DNA of 64,000 nucleotides from Rhizophagus irregularis (Eukaryota): NCBI RefSeq assembly GCF_026210795.1, contig NC_089434.1:4898001-4962000 (forward strand), read 5' to 3'. Made by a program: the position numbers and the translations under genes. Numbering within the stretch: position 1 is the first letter of the stretch; each line of letters starts with the position of its first letter. Under the pieces are notes generated by a model that was not told where the DNA came from, searched no databases, and worked only from the letters and a program-made list of their open reading frames with translations. Shown piece by piece: positions 39,204-53,836 of this stretch.

Positions 39204-42200
39204 TTGAAACAGTTTATTATTAATATTATTATTAAGAAAACGGAAGAAAGTAAAAGAAACTTTAGTTCGGTGTTAAAGGAGATGACGGAATTGGGTTTAT
39301 TAAATGCATGTTACGCATTTTCCTTTAATGAATATAAGCCCCTTAAAAAAAAACTGTAAAAACGTGTAATATCATAATATTAATATGGGAGTTAGAAATG
39401 AAAATTCTAACACTAGATAAAGCTTAGAAGAACTAAGACGACGGTAAAATATTGAAGTTTAATCTTTTATCTGTAGATTATTTGATCATCTAAATTATAT
39501 TATTAATTGGTGTAACTTGGCGTAACTATATGCAAATCTTATGATCAACTATGCCGAAACTACGGAGAAACCTATTATAGAGGTTTCGGCATGTTTCGGC
39601 AGTTTCGCAATTTTGACAGGTTTCGCAGTTTCGGCGTTTCGGCGTTTCGGCACTATATAAGAGGTTTCACCTTTCGGCATTAGGCCAAACAGGTTTCGGC
39701 AAGCAACCTTAACATTTACACCACATAAAACACTTGGACGGCCTAAATTTCAAACTGATGATGATGTTTCAGAACTTTTGCGTACAAAAATTTTGAATTC
39801 CAACAAAACTGCAGAGCAAGTTTCCACACCTGTTCTATGTCAGTTTCTTTCTGAAAATGGATATACATTTTCTAAGTGGAAGTTGCTTCGGGTACTTCAT
39901 CATTTGGGCTATTATTATGGCCAAGGAGAGCGAAGAAATATTCTTCATGAGTCACCAAATAATGTTGCATTCCGTTGTCGCTATCTCAGGTTTCGTTTTG
40001 CCAATTTGGAAGGCCAAAATGATGTTCCACATCGTCCAGAAGTTTTCCTTGATGAATCATATTGCCATTTACATCATATTTCACACAATACATGGGTTCC
40101 TCATCAAGGGGTTGTCTTATCACCTGGGCATGGTCCACTGGTAGTAATTTTTGGAGCAATTATTGTATTCCGAAATGGGTCCAGTAACAAATTACATGGT
40201 GAACTGGTTCCAAACTCTGTTCATATTTGAATTAAACCACCAGGAAACCGGGGACGAAAAAGAAGCAATGCTGAAGAATGGAATGATGTTCCCAATGTTG
40301 TCAAAGATGCAAATATTGTTCCGAATCAGATGGATTACCATGGGAATTTTAATGCAGAAATTTTTGAAGATCTTTTTTCGACACTGTGTGAAACACTTCA
40401 TGAAAAATACGGACCGGTAAATATCCACATGGATGGGGCAAGCTATCATAAACGTCAGGTTGAAAATATTCCAACTTCAAGCACAAAAAAACAAGAAATA
40501 GTGGAGTGGCTAACTGCTCACAATATTTCTTTTTCTAATGAATTACGAAAACCTGAACTATTGGAACTGGTTCAGATGCATAAGGAAAAGGTATCATTTA
40601 CATGTGTTGAAATAGCAAAACAATATGGCCATGAAGTTTTTTATACGCCACCATATCACTGCGAACTCCAGCCAATTGAAGGTGTTTGGGCAGTTGTAAA
40701 AGGTGAAGTTGCAAGGTCGGGACCGCATCCAAACTTATTATCAATTCGAAATACACTTCTGGACGCATTTAAAAATAAAATTAATTCAAAGGTTATACTC
40801 GGATTGTGGAGAAAAACGCTTAAAAATGCTAAGGCATATTTTGAGGCTGATGAAAATGCAAATTTAATTGGTGAAGAATCAGATGATTATAGTGACACCG
40901 ATGATGATGTATGATTTAATGTAAACAATGATATTATAATATTTCCGAATATGTACTGATAAGATTTACATAAAAAAAAATAAAGTTCACTTAATAAAAA
41001 AATTTTTTATTACCATTTTTTTTGGTGTACGAATCTTTTTGCACCGGACCATAATATTTAATGAGTGACACGCTCCAGGGAATTACTCATTTATTTCCAG
41101 CTCCCCATGAAATAAATAATACTAATATTTGCTAATTGTTGCTAATATTTGTTAATTTATAATGTAATATTTGCTAATTATTGCTAATATCTTTACTTTA
41201 CTATTTGTTAATAAATGCGCAGCATATTCCAAAAAAAAAAATCATTGCTAATTGTCCGGAGCGAAGCGAAAAATCGATCACTCTGTCCGCCATGTAATGA
41301 AATCGCAAATTTTAGTTTTTTATAATAAAAAATGTTTAATTAACGATAGGATATGAAATGTAAATTATGAGTATGCTGAGCAGTTTAATTACTTGTTTAG
41401 TTTAGGCTATAGTTTTTAGTAAAGTCGTTTTTTTCAATAAAACGAAACTTTTTTTTCAATAAAAACGAAATTTTTTATTTAATATACCGGACTTGGACTT
41501 CAAAATAAGTTGTGGGAATTGGAATTAGAGAGTAGGGGTTTAGGAATGTTAGAAATTTAACTGAACGTCCTTTTATTTTTTTTCTTATGGCAACTAAAAT
41601 CAATTCTGTATTTCAGAAAATTTTTTAACATTAATATTGCAAAGAATTTTAGGTTAATAATATTTTTACTTCTATTTATTTTTTTTTAAATCACATATTT
41701 TTATTTATTATTTGTATATAAATATTTTTTTTTAAATACCTATGTAAATTATGTAAACTATTAAAAATCAGGGTAACAAATAAAATACATAATCATATTA
41801 ATTGTGGTGCGGTGTGAAATAGAAAAAAATATTTCATTTTTATAATAAGAAATTAAATATATAGAGCGGGATATTACGGTATTAAAATGAAGGAATTATC
41901 CCGCATTTCAAAATAAATTATATTTAGTAAAATTAAGTAAACCGAAAATATTTCAACAAATTTTTTTTTTATAAATCGGATCGGTAAGTCATATTATATT
42001 GCCCAATACCGAGCTGAAAAAAAATAAAAATTTTTTTTAAAAAAATGATGTTAAAAGTCTATAATATTTTTGTAAATGCTGATATAACCTACTAAGAAAA
42101 CGGACTTTATAGCTTCAAAATATCATACCTAAAAAAGACGCAAATATCATCGTTTTTCCATGTTGTGACGTGTGGTATCTAATTATCAAATTTGTCAAGT

Positions 42201-42299
42201 ACATAGTTTATAAAAAAATGATAATATTTAAATTACATACCATCGTTCACGTCGATAATAATATTAACGGAACATCTTTGAGTTCCTCGTCATTAATTT

Positions 42300-43850
42300 T
42301 GTGAAAATTATTAGTAATAAACGAACTATCTTAAGTGTCTTTATTTTTCTTGATTGTAAGGATGGCAAAAAATCACTTTATTTATACTTCTTTGATTTTG
42401 CTGATTCATGCCTTATTTCTGTGATTGGATTAACGGCAATAAATTAATTCCTCAGCCGCAAGATATTTTCCCACTGTGAAAAAACTTTTTCATTGTATTA
42501 TATTGTAATCAGTACATCTGTACTAGCTACACAGCCCCTCTTCCCGAGATATGGCTTAGCTTTCAATAATCACAATCTAGGAAATTCATCTAAATAATTC
42601 ACATTTTTGTTTGTTGTTTCTGATTTAGATCTCTTCGATTTCCTTGTGAATAAACCCGGGAACAAGCGCTATCATCATTTCATCATAACCCGCACCGCCA
42701 CCTGCAGCAGCAACGCCCACATAGCCACCATTATATTCTTCCGTAAATAAGATCATGCATCATCTCTCTCACGTTCACGATTTCTCAATGTAATTTTCGG
42801 AGCCGTGGATCGCAGATTGCCGATTTTAAATATCGAGATTTAAGAACTTTATTTAATCTATCCTTATCGTCCGTAAAAATATCAGTTCCCCCCGTAAAAG
42901 TGATCAAATCAATCATTTTAGTAAATATTATGATAGATCGTTAAAGATAATAGGATCATTATATTCTATTATTCTAATATGCTCTTTAAAAAGTAACAAA
43001 CCTCGGTCGAGTAGATTTGGGATTTGAATGATAATGATACTCTTTTATCCTCTATAATAAATATCAAATTGTATTTTTAGATTAGGTTTAATTGATTTAT
43101 TTAATTTATCTCGCTGCATAGAACAATGCACAATCTTTTTCATAAATAATGAAAGTAATCGTGTAATACCTTTTATTACTAATAAGCAGTTATCCTGCTC
43201 AAATGGAAATAATCCACCGTAAAAGACCTAGAGAATAAAAAGGTTTAATAATTGTGAATAATTATGATGAAAAATTAAACAAAAGGAAGAAATACAACTC
43301 GAACAAGCTTCGCTGACCTTTATTCTTTATTCTTTGTTAAAGTATTTTAATCAATCAAATCCTTATCTCTTTAGTCGATTATTTCTGAGTTTTCTACGTG
43401 TTTTATTTCTTCAATTGTTGAATAACTCATTAATTCCACAACTATTGTGCGTGTTCTTTGAGTTCTCATTATTCTTGATTCTTTTTATTTCTTGCTCAAG
43501 GAATTTATTTCCCCAATATGATTATAACCTTTATCATCACCAACACTATTTATTGACGCATTATTATCTAATAAATATAACATTACTAATGAATGTTCGG
43601 GTTGAAAGTCGAGAAATCTTTTGGAAAATCGTATCTGGTTACATACAGATCCTAAAAATTTATTGGCCATTGTTGTTACACTGATCCTAATGTTTGGCCA
43701 TACACGCGGCGGGACGGTACAGTACTTCAAAAATAATAATGAGTGTATTTTAACTATTTTCATTATAAGGACGTTTCGATGAGCTATGATAATTGTTTGA
43801 GTATGTACTTTTTTTCTTTCGCATTCTTTAAATAAAAGCATCACACTTGA
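42300..43850 (-). pseudogene. Possible decayed multi-exon gene of unknown family
   Basis: Coding-like patches on the minus strand (e.g. YNGGYVGVAAAGGGAGYDEMM near 42670-42735) separated by AT-rich intron-like gaps. No continuous ORF. Confidence 0.3.
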
Positions 43851-46800
43851 TAAAGGAGTATAAAAACATAAAATTATTGAATAAATAAATGCAGGGAATC
43901 TTTTATCAGGTTTCTATTTATGCTATTAATAGTTGTAAGAGTAATGTAAACTATTAAGTATTTCATGTTAAAACCTATGACCGCCATATTGAGGTACCAT
44001 TAATATTATTTTCAAAGAAAATACGATGAGGAATTATCAGATTTTAAAATTAAAAAATTACATCTTTAACAGCTGAAGATGTCTTTTTAAAGGGTTGAAT
44101 TTAGAAAGAAAAGTTTTTGTGTTTTAGCTAAATATTTTTAAGATATTTCCCAAATAAATTGTGACTAAACAAATTTTTAATAACTGCAAAAAAAGTTCAT
44201 ATATAAAAATACTGCTGATTAAGTAATAATAATAAGTGTAAAAAGCTGATTGTCAAGTCTTAAAAGGAATTATTTTAAATAAACTCTATTATATTAGGAG
44301 TAGTCGCATGGAATGTTATGCGATGAAAATCTATATCATAAAATCCAATTAAAAAAATAAATCCGCATAACATTCTTTTCAAGATTATAATATCATTATT
44401 ACTCCATCTAGCGCAACAACTTTAACAAATGAGCTTTAAATTATTGTTTATAAGTTTGTCAAGTTTAGAATCTGAAGGATTACCAATTATCTGACTATAC
44501 TCATTGGTTTTTGAACGCATTTTAGAGACTTTGAAGTTCGATAAATATGTTTTTGCATATGGGAAATTAGTGGTTGAACATTAATAAGTTCAAACACAGC
44601 CATTAAGAGTTTTAATGGCTTCTCGACCTTTTTTTTCTTCCATGACTTATACCATTTTTTTCTCGGAGCTCGTGTTGTATAATTTTTCTTTGAGTTCATG
44701 TCGCAACAATTTGTTTGCGAATTGATTACAAATAACATAATTTTATATTTCTTTGAGATCGTCCTATGAAAGGAATTCCGGAATTGGAATCGATAGTATC
44801 CGGAGTCTTTCACATTTTAGGATGACCGAAATATTTTACATTTTCTGGAAGATTTAAACATATATTTTTGTAGGTAGACAAATTCAATTGCATGCACGTT
44901 TATGCACGTTTAGCTGACAAAATGACTTAGTACCCGATCCAGAGATTTTACGTACGGTAAGATTGAGCCTAACAAAGCCTATCAAAGCCCCTCCATCGAA
45001 GCTTAGTAATTTTTGAAATCAAAGCCATAATCAATTTGCATAGCCGCATGCATTTAGCCATAAAATGGCTTAGTACCCGCAACCGAATATTTGAGAGGCA
45101 ACCTGACAAGAGCCTGACCTAATCACTCGAAAGGAGATTTATCCTTTATACCATTTCACATTTTTTGTCAGAAGAACAGTATACTCGCAAAGCATGATCA
45201 GATCGATCGGCGGTGCAGATTTTTATTTTATAAATATATGTATGGAGCCAAAAATTTTTTACTCCACGTGGTTTTCACAAAAAGAACTAAAAATTTTCAT
45301 ATTAAATATTGTGTTAAGTAATTTAATACAAGAATGTCAAATGTCAAATGAAAACATTTAAACTGGGTGTCATAGCTGAATGGATTCCAATATAATAATT
45401 TTTGAAAATATTAAATTCATAACAAAAGGCGCTTCTTGATTTACTTTATTTATTCTTAGGATTAATAAAGAGATAAATGCATCACTACTAAATTTTACAG
45501 ATGGGAACATTTTTATTTTTTTAAATAAATAAAATATATACAGTATGTATAAATTCTTTCCTTTAAATAATTTTACCTAAATCTCATTAGAGAAATTTCT
45601 GAAGAAGTAGAACATGAACAAGAGGAAGTGAATGACGACGAACGACTTGAGGAGGAGAGCTACTACGAAGAGGGAGAGGAAGAAAAAGGAGTGAAATACT
45701 AAGGGGAGGCGAGTTACGAAGGGGAAAAGTTGGATCTTTTTTTTACAAAAAGGAGGGCAGACAACTAATTCTATAATGCATGGTTCTAACTATATAAAAT
45801 ATTTTTAGAATTATTGATAAGTTTGTCACTTGGATCATACTAGAATCAAGTAAACCTGCTAAGATATCGAAATTATGCCTTTTTTTTGTACATTTTTATT
45901 TAGTGATAGAGATGTTATTATACTGAATTTCATTAAGAGAGATCATATCGATCTTATAATTTTAATTTGTAATAAAAGTATCGATAAAGTTTAACGTGAT
46001 GCGAAGGATTATTGGGGATAAACAAAATTTATTTTCACAGACAATGTCATATATAGTATGGATCATTATTATTATTAACTGGAATAATTATTATCATTAT
46101 TCCGTGAAAGGGATAATTATTATCATTATTCCAGAGATCAAATAATGATAATTTAAATTTTGAGCCGGATCAGACCAGGCTCATAGAATAGTATGAAAAG
46201 AGGGACGTTTTGCAACTGGAAGAATTATTATGAATGGGATAATTATTATCATTATTCGATGGGGTAGTTGCAGCGATCGAATAATGATAATTTTAGTACG
46301 AAAATTTTTATTTAGAAAAGTGAAAATTTGGTAATGAATAAAAATTTAATTTTGTGTGCATTATATGGATTAATGTTTTTTTGTTTTTTTTTTCTTGCGT
46401 CTTTCGACTTTCTTCGGTTCTATTTATAATGTAAAAAATCTATTATTATAATTGCCTGTATGCCAAATTTAGTTTTCTTTTAATTTCTAATTTAATGAAA
46501 TAAACTTGAGAATAAAAACAATATTCCGAATTGCACATAACAGGATATTTCTGTGACTACCACAAAATTTAAAAAATTCTCTATTTATTCTCTTTTAACG
46601 AATTTGTCTCCAATAATTGACCCTGATTAACTCTAATCATTCCATAAATTGAAAGTTCAGCCGATATTTCTTGTAAAAAAAAGGATAAATAAAAATAAAA
46701 TTAGTAATAATAATTACAATCACTTATTTCTTTCAATTAAATATTGTTGTTTTCATCTTCAAAAAAAAAAATTTAATTAGTTATTTATTACACGAAATTA

Positions 46801-47720
46801 ACATGATAGTATTACTATTTTAATTGGTGCTGGAGTTGTAAACGGAGATCCAATTTGGAATACTTTATACGTTTAAAATTTTATTTGTGCTGGAAGGAAA
46901 GGATTAAATAAGTACAAAAAAACAAAAGAATTTATTGATTTAGGAAGAGCTTATAGATTAAATTAGTAAAAAAAAGCACGGACCAATTTATTAATCGTAT
47001 TATTTAAATTATCCAACTCCGGTAATATTATTTTAATATATTTATCCCGCCTGAAATTCTTCTTTCAATTTGAGCGTTCCATTCTCTCTCATTCAGGGAA
47101 TATAGCGATTCGATTAATCGATCTTTGTGCGATATACAGTGCATAATAATTTTTCGGGAATTTGTTTACCCGTTCTTATTATGGAATATCATTGACAAAC
47201 ATCATTTGTATTATTATTCAGAAAACAATGAACAAAAAATATAAGGAAATTAATTGATCCCTTAAAATAGTAGACAGCCGTTGATATATATATATACAAT
47301 AGGGTCTTTCTTTCGAAGCTAAATCTCGTTTGTTCAAATCGTATTATCTTTGTAAAACATTGAAAATTTTTACTTTAATTGTTTATATTTAGTTTATAAA
47401 AGTATTAATTTATTTAATTCTATAAAAATGTCCATTGTCCCAATTGTAATTTTTGAGTTTCATTTTGAGTACCGAATATATTGGTGACTCAGGGTCAACT
47501 CAGATAATCTTTTCCTTTAGTCTGGAATTTTAAAATTTTCATCTTCCTGAATTTAGTTTCTTTTATTCCTTTAAGTAAAAGTTCTTAAGAAAAATGGTAA
47601 AACGGCTGATTCATTGATTGTTTAAATTGTATTACAAAATAATAAAATTCTTTTGCTTGAGTTGTCCTGAGGTTATGACAGTATGTACAAATTTAGTTTT
47701 TATGCTGAATGTAACAGTAA

Positions 47721-47883
47721 CCCTATAAAAAAAGGTGCTAAATTTGTGTCAAATGGGTTAATCATACGATATTTGTTTAGAATTTGTTCGAATTTTATAT
47801 TATTTTTTTAGTATAAATTTCGAATAAATGTTTTATGATTAGCCCATTTTGGCACAAATTTAGCATAAACCTTTTTTATATGG
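47721..47883. mobile_element. CCC-ended MITE with 3-bp TSD
   Basis: TAA|CCCTATAAAAAAAGG..TGCTAAATTTGTG ... CACAAATTTAGCA..CCTTTTTTATATGG|TAA. Confidence 0.75.
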
Positions 47884-47949
47884 TAAATAAAATTTTATAG
47901 TCATTTATTTGTTATTAAAGTTTACTGAATCTAATCTAAATAACTAAAG

Positions 47950-48090
47950 CCCAGTAAATAGTTTTTGTATAAATTTATCAAAATTGGCTCAAATTTATGC
48001 AAAAAATAATCCAAATTTAAGCCAATCTAGAGCCAATTATATATGGATGAGCCCATTTGGTATAAATTTATACAAAAACTATTTACCGGG
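47950..48090. mobile_element. CCC-ended MITE with 3-bp TSD
   Basis: AAG|CCCAGTAAATAGTTTTTGTATAAATTTAT ... ATAAATTTATACAAAAACTATTTACCGGG|AAG. Confidence 0.85.
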
Positions 48091-51000
48091 AAGGTTCCCG
48101 ATGTATGTCCCTATTGTGAGGAGAAATTACCTTTTTTCTTATCTACAAAATTAAAAGAACTACTGGTCAAATATTAGGGGAAAAAGTTGAACGTTGTAGA
48201 ACAATTTGAATTTTGTTGCATCCATATATCCATATAGCAGTACTATAAAAACTATAAAAGGAATAAATAAAAGTAATAAAAGTGTGTACATTAGGTTATG
48301 CGTACGTTAAGGATGCTCAATTAGTAGGCGGCCTAGCATTATTTAATTCACATATCAAAAACGCGTCAAAATGGGGGGGAGGGGGAAAAGTAGGTTGCAT
48401 AGATTAAAATATATAAAAAAAACATTATTTTTATTAAGGAAAATGAGTTATACCATTTAATTACATTTCATTTTTTATTTTAAATACTACTATATTACAC
48501 TACAGCACAAATTTCACGTATTCTGGATTGTTTCACCCATATCTAGAGGAAAATATTATAAAAGCATTTGCGGCCTTTGCTCTCCTCGTCTTCTCCCATT
48601 CACGCACTCGCCCATTGTAATATTTTATTCAAAGATTGTTATGGGCAAGGTTTCCTTTGGCAAAACTCTGCAATCCCACTATATGCGAAGGACAATTCTA
48701 TGCAATATGAAAAATTTGTGGTCACGCGATGTTTCTGTCCACTCACGTGATCGTCAACCAATAGAATCTCAAGTATTAATTTTATCCTAGATGGTTTGAT
48801 TTATCGAAAATTAATTTATACGTTTTTAGAGCTTCTTGGGGGAATGAATAGCGAATCCAAAATTATGAATTATCCTTCCCATCTAAAAATCATAATAACG
48901 TGCTTTTGTCATCTTAATTTTTTAAAATTTAGATTTTTCTATTAATATCATTGCGAAATTGTAATTCTAAAAGAAGTTAGATATTATAATAGAAACTAAC
49001 TAAATATAACCTAGATCTTGTGAATATCAGCATATCAAGCATAAAGATTAGTCAAATATTTGCGTTACGTTACTTACGTTACTGATTTCGCTGCATAATT
49101 AACAACTACTTTTAGAATTACATTTCTTTTTATGTTAAAATGTTAAATTAAAAATTAATTCCGTCCCTCCTTTTTCTAAGTTAATTGCGCAGAAAAATGA
49201 ATGTCGTACAAAAGGTCTAATTTTTTTGATGTCGCTCTTGAAAGAAACATTTCAATTTTGTAATTGTGGCTTTATTTCTTGTTAAATGTGGCAAAATTCC
49301 CGATATCGAAACGATTATAAAAAAATAATTACTGCATCTTTTGTAGAGATTTCATAACATAAAAATTTGTAAAATTAGTATATGATAGATACATGTGGTT
49401 TGTACTTTTGAAATTACTAATAGAATTCGACAAATATTAAAAGGGTCCCATCTTTATTCCTTTTACAGAATTTCATTAAACTGAAAAGGTTCCATTTTAT
49501 TTGTTTATCGGTCGTTTTAATACATATAAAAGGGTCAATATCCCGATTTGTATTCACAATTAGAATTTTATCAATCTATTTGCCATAAATGTAAAACAAG
49601 GTGAGAAAATATTTTTGTACCGAAAAATATATATAAGAATTGCAAGAATATTTACATTATAAGTTTCGATAAATAGTGATGTATATTGCTCCTTTAAACA
49701 TTTTTTACAAACAATTTGAGTGTTTCTTTTAATAAATAAAAAATATACTTTACATTGAACTTCGTATTGTAAAAATTTGTAATTGCCAAAATGGGAAACA
49801 ATAACAAATTTCAAATTCGTTACTGATTTTACTGTTAATACTTGGATCGGGTACAAAACGAATATTACACCAATTATTTTCCCTATCCATGAAAAAGGCT
49901 TATTTGTGTGAAATTTCAATAAATGATTACTGATTAAATTTCATTGATGTAACAAATATTAAACTGGAAGAAATATTTCACACATCACGATTCACGATGG
50001 CCTTCGGCATTACAAACTAAACCATATATGGCAATCTATTGTGACACATCGATAGAATCGATAGACGATCACTAAAGTTGAAGCGTTCTTTATAATAAAA
50101 TTTTCATGACTCATTTGATTAAAATTTTATCGTTGAACGTGTTCACATGAAAGAACATATTCCAACTGTAATATATTATTTATTTTTATAAATTAATTTG
50201 AACAAATTACGACGCGGTAATAATTGAATTCACATTATTTTAGATAGATATATTCAACATTTCAACTGGTAGAATAAAGATAATCATTGTTACTAATAAG
50301 GTTACAATATTTACTTGATAGATGAAACATGAAGTTCGCGGAATTCACGGTTACAACAATATTAATTTGTGTGAAGAAATTCGTTGTAGAAATTCGTAAA
50401 ATCATTCTTTGTTGTCTCATGTAATTATAATAAAGTTTTTAGTAATAATATTTTTGTCCATTCATAGATTACAAATATTGTTATTCGTAAATGTGTTTTT
50501 CTTATAAAAAAGCTCTGAAATTTCCTCTAGATTTTTTCTTTATTTTTTACAAAAAAAAAAAAAAATTATATCACACAATAACTTTCTCATATAACTCCAT
50601 TATATATTATCAAATATCAAATATTATCTCAATTATACAAATAATATCAATATCATATATCATATATCTTATTACTTATAATTATTATCATTCGCCTCAT
50701 CCATCATCCGATCTGTTTACATATTTTAAATTTTATACGTTTTATCCTTAGTTCTTTATATTTTTTTATTATTTTATTTTCATTTATCTTTTATTTTTTT
50801 TAATTATTTATTTTATATTACTATTTATAGTTTAATGAATATATTATCTCTTTAATATTTTACACGTTCTTTTAATTCTTTATATTTCTACTTTTATTTT
50901 CTTTATATATTTTTTTTCCTTATATATATATTTTTTTCTTTATTTTTTTACTTTTATTTATTTTATATTTTATATTATATTTATTGGCGTGATGGAGCCT

Positions 51001-51200
51001 CCAGGTGGATTAGTTATAGGAAATATGTTAATTTTAAGATCATATCACGCGTGGAAGAGTGATTTTGAGGAGAGGCGGTTGAACCGTTTTGGACAGGGTT
51101 TGGGCAGGTTTTGGACAGTCTTTATGCTCAAAACCTGTCCAATCAATAATAATTCATTTGATATATGAATCATTCTTAAAAGAGAGGGCTTCCTGTCAAC

Positions 51201-51395
51201 GCATCAGGAAAAATACTTTATTTCCTGTGCCAATGCATCAGGAAAAATACTTTATTTCCTGTATCAATACATCAGGAAAAATACTTTATTTCCTGTGCTA
51301 ATACATCAGGAAAAATACTTTATTTCCTACAATACACCAGGAAAAATACTTTCCTCGAAGCCTATTCATCAGGAAAAATACTTTATCTTTGTATC
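51201..51395. repeat. About 5-6 x 34-bp tandem repeat with an internal hairpin
   Basis: Unit CATCAGGAAAAATACTTTATTTCCTGTRYYAATR, with a CAGGAAA..TTTCCTG stem. Confidence 0.9.
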
Positions 51396-52047
51396 CTGAT
51401 TATAATCACCAAGAACAACTTCGTTTGTATGAAAAGTATTATGAGAAGAGGAAAAATTCCACGTCGTTTTACAAAAAACAAGAATTTTCTTATTATATTA
51501 TTAATTATTTTTCATTTCATGTATTCATTTTTTAAAAAAAAATAAAAATAAATAAATTTTGTAATATAACATAAACATTTTTAACCTTACAATTTTCTAT
51601 TGTCATTTAACCATTCGCTGATATGGTGAAAACATAACGCGCATATATTGTTTTTTGTATGTAAAAGATAAAAATTAAACGTGATAGCTACTTCAGTAAA
51701 TAGCCAAGCATTTGATTATAACTTATATTGTTATCACTATATGAAGCATATATTTATTTATTTTAACAATTAAATATTATATGCGCATTTTAGTCACATG
51801 CATTTTTTGCTTACTAATGAAGTACTTTTTTTTTTTATAGATATCAGTTGTTTCAGAAGTTCTGAACTAGTTCGGGAGTTTCAGACTTCAACAATCCATG
51901 TCCAATAGCGTTTCACCTCACAATTTTACCAAGTCAAAATCAACCTAATCCACCACAATCTAATATCCATCTTCGCTTAATTCGTTTGGTATTAGTATAA
52001 TGCTCCTCAGGCAATAGTTTCGAAAGAGTTGGCATAAAAACTTTGGA

Positions 52048-52082
52048 AATAGCTGTTTGTTGGAATCGAACCTAATATTCCA
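52048..52082 (-). pseudogene. tRNA-derived 3' fragment (T-arm/B-box)
   Basis: Minus strand reads TTAGGTTCGATTCCAACAAACAGCTA. No recognisable 5' half. Confidence 0.3.
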
Positions 52083-52762
52083 AACCATTAACAACGTAGT
52101 TTAGAAAAAAGTAATATTATTAATAAAATATTATGTATGTAATAACGCGTATAATAAATGAATTTTAATTAATACCTAATATTATAATATAACATGAGAT
52201 ATCACCGTATTTTGATCATCTAAATATCATTGATACCAATATGATTATGATATTTATACGATATGAGTATACCTTAAATGCAACTATCTGCGCCATTTAT
52301 AGGAGAGATACATGTGGATTATCAGTAATTATCAGGTGACTGATATATTACTGATATCCCCATCATATCAATAATGCATATGTCAAAAAAAAAAATTTTT
52401 TTTTCGTTTGTTATAAAATTTAAAGAGTTTACTTTGGAGGAAGTCACCATTCAAGCTCAAATTTTAGGTAACTTTACACTAATTATTCGCGAATTTTGCA
52501 AATTTTACAAGGTTTTTTGTACTATTATATATTATACAGTATATTCTTGCTTAGATTAACAAAATAATATTTTTAAAAAAAAAATAAAATAAAAAATTTT
52601 TTTTTTTTTTGGCAATGTTTTAGTTTTACCAGTTTTATAAAATTATATCCAAGTAATGTAACACCTTTTTTTAATGTATTTTTAGGGCATTTATATTACA
52701 ACAAAACGTTTTCAAACTTTGTGAAAACACCATTCAGAAGCAATAGTATTTAATATAAAAAT

Positions 52763-53582
52763 GTCCGACGAGATTAATTATAGATTTCCGATCATTTTGT
52801 ATCGCTAAGTGGCGAATCGGCAATTAATATTAATATTATCAAATTAAGTTTTGAAAGAATTTTGTAGTCTACAAAATTCATGATTTGTGAAAGAGATTTT
52901 TTAGAAATCGTTAACTCAAGAAAAAAGTGTTTATAAGAAGTTAGCTGAGCGCGTTTATGAAATTTATGCATTAAGATATTCACTTTCATTTAAAGTTGAA
53001 TCAACGAAACTTCTGAAAGCTTCGTTAACACAACTTTCCAACTCCTGTGAGGAGGAACGAAATAACATTATTACAAATGAGGGGGTACGAAATAACATTA
53101 TTACAAAAGAGGAGGAACGAAATAATATTATAGAAAATGAAGAGAAACATATATATATATATACCGTATATCTTTTTAGTATTGATACTATTTTACAATT
53201 CTAAAAATTTACTGATATTTTGTAAAGCGAATTATATGAAAAAGCATTATTTCCAGTAGTATAATTCAAGATAGTCTGATTTTGCCAACAAGAAATTAAC
53301 TTTTTTTAATAAAAACCTATTTTCTTCATGAGATGAAGACTTGAAGAATCAAATAGTATGATTACGGATGAGAAGGAACGAAATATTATTACAGATATGG
53401 AAGAACTTTGTATAATGGACAAAAGTGAACGAAATATTATTACAGATATAGAAGAACTTAATATAAGCGAACGAAATATTATTACAGATATAGAAGAACT
53501 TAATATAAGCGAACGAAATATTATTACAGATATGGAGGAACTTAATATAAGCGAACGAAATATTATTACAGATATGAAGTAA
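52763..53582 (+). pseudogene. Possible decayed HMG-box gene with a repetitive C-terminal region
   Basis: RFPIILYR* and LTQEKSVYKKLAERVYEIY resemble HMG-box helices 1 and 3. Followed by 30-bp (EERNNIIT) and 42-bp (ELNISERNIITDIE) coding-like repeats. Confidence 0.4.
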
Positions 53583-53836
53583 ATAATGTCAAATCAGTTC
53601 GAACCAGACTGAGCCAAGTCTAAATTGGGTTTTTAATATTTATAGAAAACAAAAGTGTGAAGGAGAAGACCATGTAAGTTCAGTTACCATTTTAGTACAA
53701 ATATTTATATCAAAATTGGTGTGGTGATATTTTATGGTGACATAATATTCAAAAGGTTGCAAGCAATTATCAATAGAGATTTTAAAGAATTGTTTACTTG
53801 ATTATTATTTAGGTGTATAGAAACAGAACTTTTGTT

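Larger units (their letters stand above)
35233..39711 (-). mobile_element. Young full-length hAT transposon (4479 bp) with two genes
   Basis: Perfect 19-bp TIR TAAGGTTGCTTGCCGAAAC. Perfect 8-bp TSD ACATTTAC (35225-35232, 39712-39719). GCCGAAAC/GTTTCGGC subterminal repeats. Confidence 0.96.
35012..40914 (+). pseudogene. DD81E transposase, 471 codons (35012-35232 joined to 39720-40914), with one in-frame TGA at 40228-40230
   Basis: HTH (RVAEALGVAESTV), GRPK, FLDESY (D), MDGASYH (D), PPYHCELQPIE (E). The frame is continuous after removing the hAT and one TSD copy. Confidence 0.9.
34859..41051 (+). mobile_element. IS630-Tc1-mariner element with a long DDE spacer (DD81E, Sailor-like), interrupted by a hAT
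   Basis: Perfect 25-bp TIR TGGTCCGGTGCAAAAAGATTCGTAC at both ends, each flanked by TA. About 1.7 kb once the hAT is removed. Confidence 0.92.

Noticed and set aside
44487..45130. Coding-like minus-strand stretch
   Set aside because: Fragmented, with no recognisable motif to assign a family.
52040..52120. Functional tRNA gene
   Set aside because: Only a T-arm/B-box-like fragment; no cloverleaf can be built.
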